Shown piece after piece: positions 57,568-64,000 of a stretch of 64,000 nt of DNA. The DNA lies in NCBI RefSeq assembly GCF_009914755.1, contig NC_060926.1; one strand, given 5' to 3'. The first letter of the stretch is position 1. Each line of letters begins with the position of its first letter. The notes beneath the pieces were generated by a model that was given only the letters and a program-made list of their open reading frames with translations, did not search any database and was not told the origin of the DNA. The position numbers and the translations under genes are program-made. This DNA is from the human T2T-CHM13v2.0 reference genome, Homo sapiens.

Positions 57568-59232
57568 GTTTTAATTTTTTTTTTTAGCTCCCACAAATAA
57601 TTGAAAACATGGAGTGTTTGTCTTTCTGTACGTGGCTTATTTCCCTTAACATAATAACCTCTATTTCCATCCACATCATTGCAGCTGACAGGATCTCATT
57701 CTTTTTTATGGCTGAATAGTACTCCATTGTGTATAGGTACCACATTTTCTTTATTCATTCTTCTGTTAGTGGACACTTAGATTGTTTCCAAATCTTGGCC
57801 ATTGTGAACAGTGCTGCAGTAAACACGGGAGAGCAGGTACCTCTTTAGTATACTGATTTCCTTTCTTTTGGGTATGTACACAGCAGTGGAATTGCTGGAT
57901 CATATCATAGCTCTATTTTTAGTTTTTTGAGGAACCTCCATACTGTTCTCCATAGTGGTTGTACTAATTTACATTCCCACCAATAGTGTACAGGGGTTCC
58001 CTTTTCTCCACATCCCCACAAGCATTTGTTATTGCCTGCCTTTTGCCTATAAACCATTTTAACTGGGGTGAGATTATATCATTGTAGTTTTGATTTGCAT
58101 TGCTCGGATGATCAATGATGTTGAACACCTTTTTGTATGCCTGTTTGCCATTTGTATGTCTTCTTTGGAGATATGTCTATTTATATCTTTTGCCCTTTTT
58201 AAAATTGGATCATTAGATTTTTTCCTATAGAGTTGTTTGAGCTTCTTACATATTTTGGTTATTAATTCCTTGTCAGATGGATAGTTTGCAAATATTTTCT
58301 CCCATTTTGTGGGTTGTCTCTTCACTTTGTTGATTGTTTCCTTTGCTGTGCAGAAGCTTTTTAACTTGATATGATCCCATTTATCTGTTTTTGCTTTGGT
58401 TGCCTGTGCTTGTGGGGCATTACTCAAGAATTCTTTGCCCAGACCAGTGTCCTGCAGTTTCTCCATTTCTTATAGGAGTTTCATAGTTTGAGGTCATAGA
58501 TTTAAGTCTTTAATCCATTTTGGTTTGATTTTTGTGTATGGTGAAAGATAGAGGTCTAGTTTTATTCTTCTGAGCATGGATATTTAGTCTTCCCAGCACA
58601 ATTTATTGAAAAAATTGTCCTTTCCCCAGTGTATGTTCTTGGCACATTTGTAAAAAATGAGTTCACTGTAAATGTATGGATTTATTTCTGGGTTCTCTAT
58701 TCCATTAGTCTATGTGTCTGTTTTTATGCCAGTACCATACTGTTTTGGCTACTATAGCTCTATAGTATAATTTAAGTAAGGTAATGTGGTTCCTCCAGTT
58801 TTGTTCTTTTTGCTTAGAATAGCTTTGGCTATTCTGGGTCTTTTGTGGTTCTATATAAATCTTAGGGTTATTTTTTCTATTTCTGTGAAGAAAAGCATTG
58901 GTATTTTGATAGAGATTGCATTGAATCTGTAAATCGTTCTGGGTAGTATGGACATTTTAACAATATTGATTCTTCCAGTCCACAAATATGGAATATCTTC
59001 ATTTTTTTTGGTGTCCTCTTCAATTTCTTACATCATCGTTTTATAGTTTTCGCTGTAGAGATCCTGTACTTCTTTGGTTAATTCCTAGGTATTTAATTTT
59101 ATTTGTAGCTATTGTAAATGGGATTATTTTCTTGATTGCTTTTTCAGATTGTTCACTGTTGGCATATAGAAATGCTACTAATTTTTGTATGTTGATTTTG
59201 TATCCTGCAACTTTACTGAATTTATCTATCAG

Positions 59233-59929
59233 TGTAACCACCCAATGGGTTCACCTTGCCCGCTGCTGCCTAGACCAAGCTGATTTATCAAGACAGGGGA
59301 ACTGCAGTAGAGGAAGAGTAATTCACGCAGAGCCAGCTGTGCAGGAAACTGGAATTTTATTATTATTCGAATCAGTCTCCTGGAGCATTCGGGGATCAGA
59401 GTTTTTAAGGATAATTTGGTGGGTCAGGGCCAGTGAGTTGGGAGTGCTGATTGGTTGGGTCGGAGATGAACTCATAGGCAGTCAAAACTGTCGTTTTGTG
59501 TTGAGTCAGTTCCTGGGTGGGGGCCACAGGACCAGATGAGCCAGTTTATTGATCTGGGTGGTGTCAGCTGATCCAGTGAATACAGGGTCTGCAAAATATC
59601 TCAAGTGCTGATATTATGTTTTACAATAGTGATGTTATGCAGCCTCCAGCTGCATGACTCCTAAACCATAATTTCTAAACTTGTGGCTAATTTATTAGTC
59701 CTGCAAAGGCTGTCTAGTCCCCAGGCAGGAAGAGGGGTTTATTTTGGGAAAGGGCCATTGTCATCTTTGTTTCAAAGCTAAACTGTAAGTTCCTCCCAAA
59801 GTTAGTTCAGCCTAGGCCCAGGAATGAACAAGGACAGCTTGGAGGTTAGAAACAGGATGGAGTCAGTTATGTCAGATCTCTTTCACTGTAATAATTATCT
59901 CAGTTATAATTTTTGCAAAGGTAGTTTTT
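59233..59929 (-). mobile_element. Solo LTR8-family (ERV1) LTR
   Basis: TGTAACCACCCAATGGGTTCACCTTGCCCGCTG..GAACAAGGACAGCTTGGAGGTTAGAA..TTTTGCAAAGG matches recalled LTR8 reverse strand; ~697 bp; TSD TCAG at 59229-59232 and 59930-59933; L1 resumes after it. Confidence 0.88.
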
Positions 59930-60058
59930 TCAGTTCTGATAGTTTTTATGATGGCATCTTTAGGTTTTTCCAAATATAAGATCACATCATCTGCAAACAA
60001 GGCTAATTCAACTTCATCCTTCCAATTTGGAGGCCCTTTATTTCTTTCTCTTGTCTAA

Positions 60059-60430
<372 letters not shown>

Positions 60431-60889
60431 TAACACTCAATCTTAAACAATCATTCTAGCTTCTCGTCCTGACCAAGTTTAATTTTAATTGTCTATAAAT
60501 ATGCACCATAATGAAGGGTGTGTTTCTGAATAGGGAGGTAATTGCTTTTCCCACTTGCAATTTTAATTAAAAATTACCTCTTCCACCTACCTCACCTTTA
60601 TTTCTAATCTGTTTAACAGATTGTAGAAAAGCAAGTTTATGCACTCATCCCTGAGTTCAGGAAGCACTACTTCCTCTTTGGTAACAAAGGTAGAAGATTC
60701 CATATGGTGACCTATTTTTTCAAGAGTTTTATGCAGTAAATGATCAGGGAGGGGTGTGTCCCATGACATAATATGGGAGGAAATTTGTCAGAGTTCAATT
60801 GTGTTATTAAGGTATGTTGTCTGTGAGCAGCCTTTTACATTGAAGTTTACCACCGCTTCCAGTCCCATGTTTTGTTTTTTCATTTGTCT

Positions 60890-61184
60890 GTTTTTTTTTT
60901 TTTTTTTTTTAAGAGACAGGGTCTGTCTGTCACCCAGGCTATAGGGCAGTGGCGCAATCATGGTTCGCTGCAGCCTCCAACTTCTGGATTTAAGTGATCC
61001 TCCCTCCTCAGCCTGGGATTACAGGTGCATGTTCCCATGCCCGGCTAACTTATTTTTATTTTTTGTAGAGACAGGGTGTCACTGTTGGCCAGGCTGGTCT
61101 CAAGCTCCTGGTCTCAAACATTCTTCCCACCTTGGCCTCCCAAAGCACTGGTATTATAGTAGGTGTGAGCTACCGCATCCAGCC
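60890..61184 (-). mobile_element. AluJ
   Basis: Diverged J-type Alu with T-tail. Confidence 0.9.
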
Positions 61185-61629
61185 TAGTCCTTGTGTTCTT
61201 AGCACGGTTGACCCAAACTCCTGTAGACACAAGATCACTCTGTCATCTGTGGGAGTATCAGAGGCAGGAGGGCTGAAATCTGGTTGAGAGAGACAGCACA
61301 GATCTCCCTGGCTGGCTTTTCCAGAACGGCTACTGCCCAGCTTTAGCCCTGAATGGCTTTTGAACCATGGGTTCCAGCCAGTTCCCTCTTCTTTGCGTAG
61401 CCTCTCCCTGAATGCACTTCCTGCCTGCCCTGATCCATTACCCTCCCTGTGGCCTGAGTAACCTTCAAGCACAGCTCCCGTTTCCCCTCTGGGAAGCACT
61501 GTTGCCTGGCACTTGAGCCCCTGCATTTTGGGCTCATCATCCTTTCCTGAGCTGCTTCTTGAGTCCTGTTCTGTGGCAAGCTCTCTGGTAGGCACTGGGG
61601 ATACAATGAACAAATATCAGTGACTGACC

Positions 61630-61790
61630 TTAGAGGAAAGCATTAAAAAAACTAAAAAGAGGCGGTACGATTAATTTTGTTGATATTTTCTATAACCTAA
61701 GATGTCCACAATATTGTTTTAACGTGGCACTTAGCCACATTTCAGGTGCTCCGTAGACACGTGCTGGTAGCTGCTGTAGTGGATGGCTGT
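61630..61790. mobile_element. MER33-like hAT-Charlie fragment
   Basis: ATTAATTTTGTTGATATTTTCTATAACCTAA..TAGCCACATTTCAGGTGCTC. Confidence 0.6.
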
Positions 61791-62206
61791 GGCCTAGAGG
61801 CAGAGCTGGACAAGTTAAAAAAGCAGTTCTGTGCACGTAGTAAGTCCTGGGCTCCTGTTTTCATCGTTAATTTGTGTTTCTCTAGGTGATTATCTTTTGT
61901 GAGTTGTGAATTCCAAGAAGGCACAGGCATTGCCTTGTCCTGTTTTCCTCACCATTGTGTCAGTAATACCTTGCAGGTAGAAGGTGCTCACACCATTTTA
62001 TCCAATGAAATGCTAAGCACAGGGCATTATGGGAAAAGCTGAGATGAGTACCTGCCACCCTATCGTGGAGGTGGGAAGGCATCAGAGGCCTTCTCAGGAG
62101 AGAGGAGTGTGTGCACGGGCTGGGAAGACAGCAGGGGGAGGGGGAGCCACAGGTAGCTCATTATGATGGAAGCTTGGGGTACATGTGAAAGTGATGGAGA
62201 ATATGA

Positions 62207-62650
<444 letters not shown>

Positions 62651-63354
62651 CTCTTTCTTCTTTATTCGTGAGGTGTTTTCTCCCTTTACACTTGCTGGCC
62701 CATGGAAGGTGCTTAGTAAGAATGGTGGCTGACTTCTAATGCTTCCAGAGAGCCTGACAGGCTGACATGGGTGTCTTCCACTGTCTGTGGGGAGGCTTAG
62801 AAAGAGGAGTGGCTTTTATTAATATTATGAGTGTGGATCAGATCCTGCTGGAGCCAATGGCAAAGCCTGGAGCCGGCCCAGATTCTGCGAGAGTGCTAGG
62901 CTGCACGGTCACAGATCAAATGTGCTTTTCAAGAATGGCCCCTCTCCTGGGATGGGGAACTTAGAGCTCTGAGGAGCACCGTGAACTGGCACCTCTATGT
63001 GTGAGAGCTGTGCTGTCTGACATGTGGTCTAAGCTTCGCGAACTGGTGTTTCTGGCACAGCCCTGAGCACAACCTCAGTCTGCCCACTGGTGCTGGCTGA
63101 GCCTGGCCTAGGTCCCGCGAGTCTGCGGCTGGAAGACTGGGGAGGAAAAGTGATGAGACTGCAAGAGAAAGATAATTTAATTATGATTGTCCTGAGTTAT
63201 TTACTGTTTCCAAGTCCCCTTTTGTATCTTGAAGGAAGGTAGGAATGGATCAGAGATAACCACTTGGGAAAATACGAGTTAACTCCATATAAGAAATCTT
63301 GATTATCTTGTATCGGTAACTCTCTACTCTTTAGTATGGCAGGAAAGAATGCCT

Positions 63355-63610
63355 TTTTTATTTAAATAAACATTTTTAGTTTTAGGTTCACAACAAAATT
63401 GAATGGAAAATACAGAAACTTTCCAAATACCCGTTCCCCTTGACATGCATAGCCTCCTCCTTTGTTAACATCCCGCACTACAAGTGGTATGCTGGTGACC
63501 CTCAGTGAACCGACAGGGACACATCACTCTCACCTATATCTTTACTTCACCTTAGGGCTCACTCTTGTACATTCCATGGGCTTGGACAAATGTATAATGA
63601 CATGATTATA
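63355..63610 (-). mobile_element. L1MC/MD-type 3'-end fragment
   Basis: GTTTTAGGTTCACAACAAAATTGA..CATTCCATGGGCTTGGACAAATGTATAATGACATG. Confidence 0.75.
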
Positions 63611-64000
63611 ACTTCTCTTTGTATTGCAGCCACTCTGTCAAATGTCTGGTGCCTTGTGATCATTTTTCCATTTAAAATTGCCAGCACTAATCATGTCTGT
63701 TTTTAGCATCCAATAAAATTATCATTGTGGCATTAGAACCAGGGCTTACGATTCTGCTATTGAAAACTGGTTCAAAAGGTGATTTCAGGAAGGCTGGAAG
63801 TCCAGAATCCATTGCTCTGAGGAGCTGTGCTGTGTTTCTGATGATAGGTTGTTGCAGGTTTTTATGATCTAAACTCACATGGGGTAATAATGGACACTCA
63901 ATAGCAGTAGTTATTATGTGCCAGTAGCTGTAGGGCAGGGTGCTTCATTTAGTTTTCATAGGATAGCCTGTGATTGGCATCGCTATCCCAGTTCACAAAT

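Noticed and set aside
58074-59539. ORFs 58074-58466, 59041-59241 and 58988-59539 as functional genes
   Set aside because: They are fragments of decayed L1 ORF2 or antisense read-through across the L1/LTR8 junction

Overview
Primate (human-like) non-coding genomic DNA, most likely the interior of one large intron of a gene transcribed on the + strand. All L1 copies, the LTR and the retrocopy lie on the minus strand, Alus are roughly 2:1 minus, and the + strand looks T/G-rich by eye. I recognise no coding exon of the host gene and cannot name it. The only gene-derived sequence is a full-length processed pseudogene of EIF1 (minus strand, ~56908-57567). It inserted into an old L1MA element and was later hit by a young AluY in its poly(A) tail; the same L1 also holds a solo LTR8. 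The rest is about 34 Alu copies or fragments, L1/L2/MIR relics and DNA-transposon fossils (Charlie4a, Tigger3a, MER58, MER20, MER44, MER2, MER33), often nested with readable target-site duplications (TSDs). Most ORFs in the track are Alu/L1 translations or chance ORFs, many starting at non-ATG codons. I found no convincing novel biological system. The best leads are the L1/EIF1/AluY/LTR8 nest, several collapsed micro-Alus, an inverted-Alu cluster and a few quasi-palindromes. Repeat subfamily names come from recalled consensus sequences and need RepeatMasker/Dfam confirmation.
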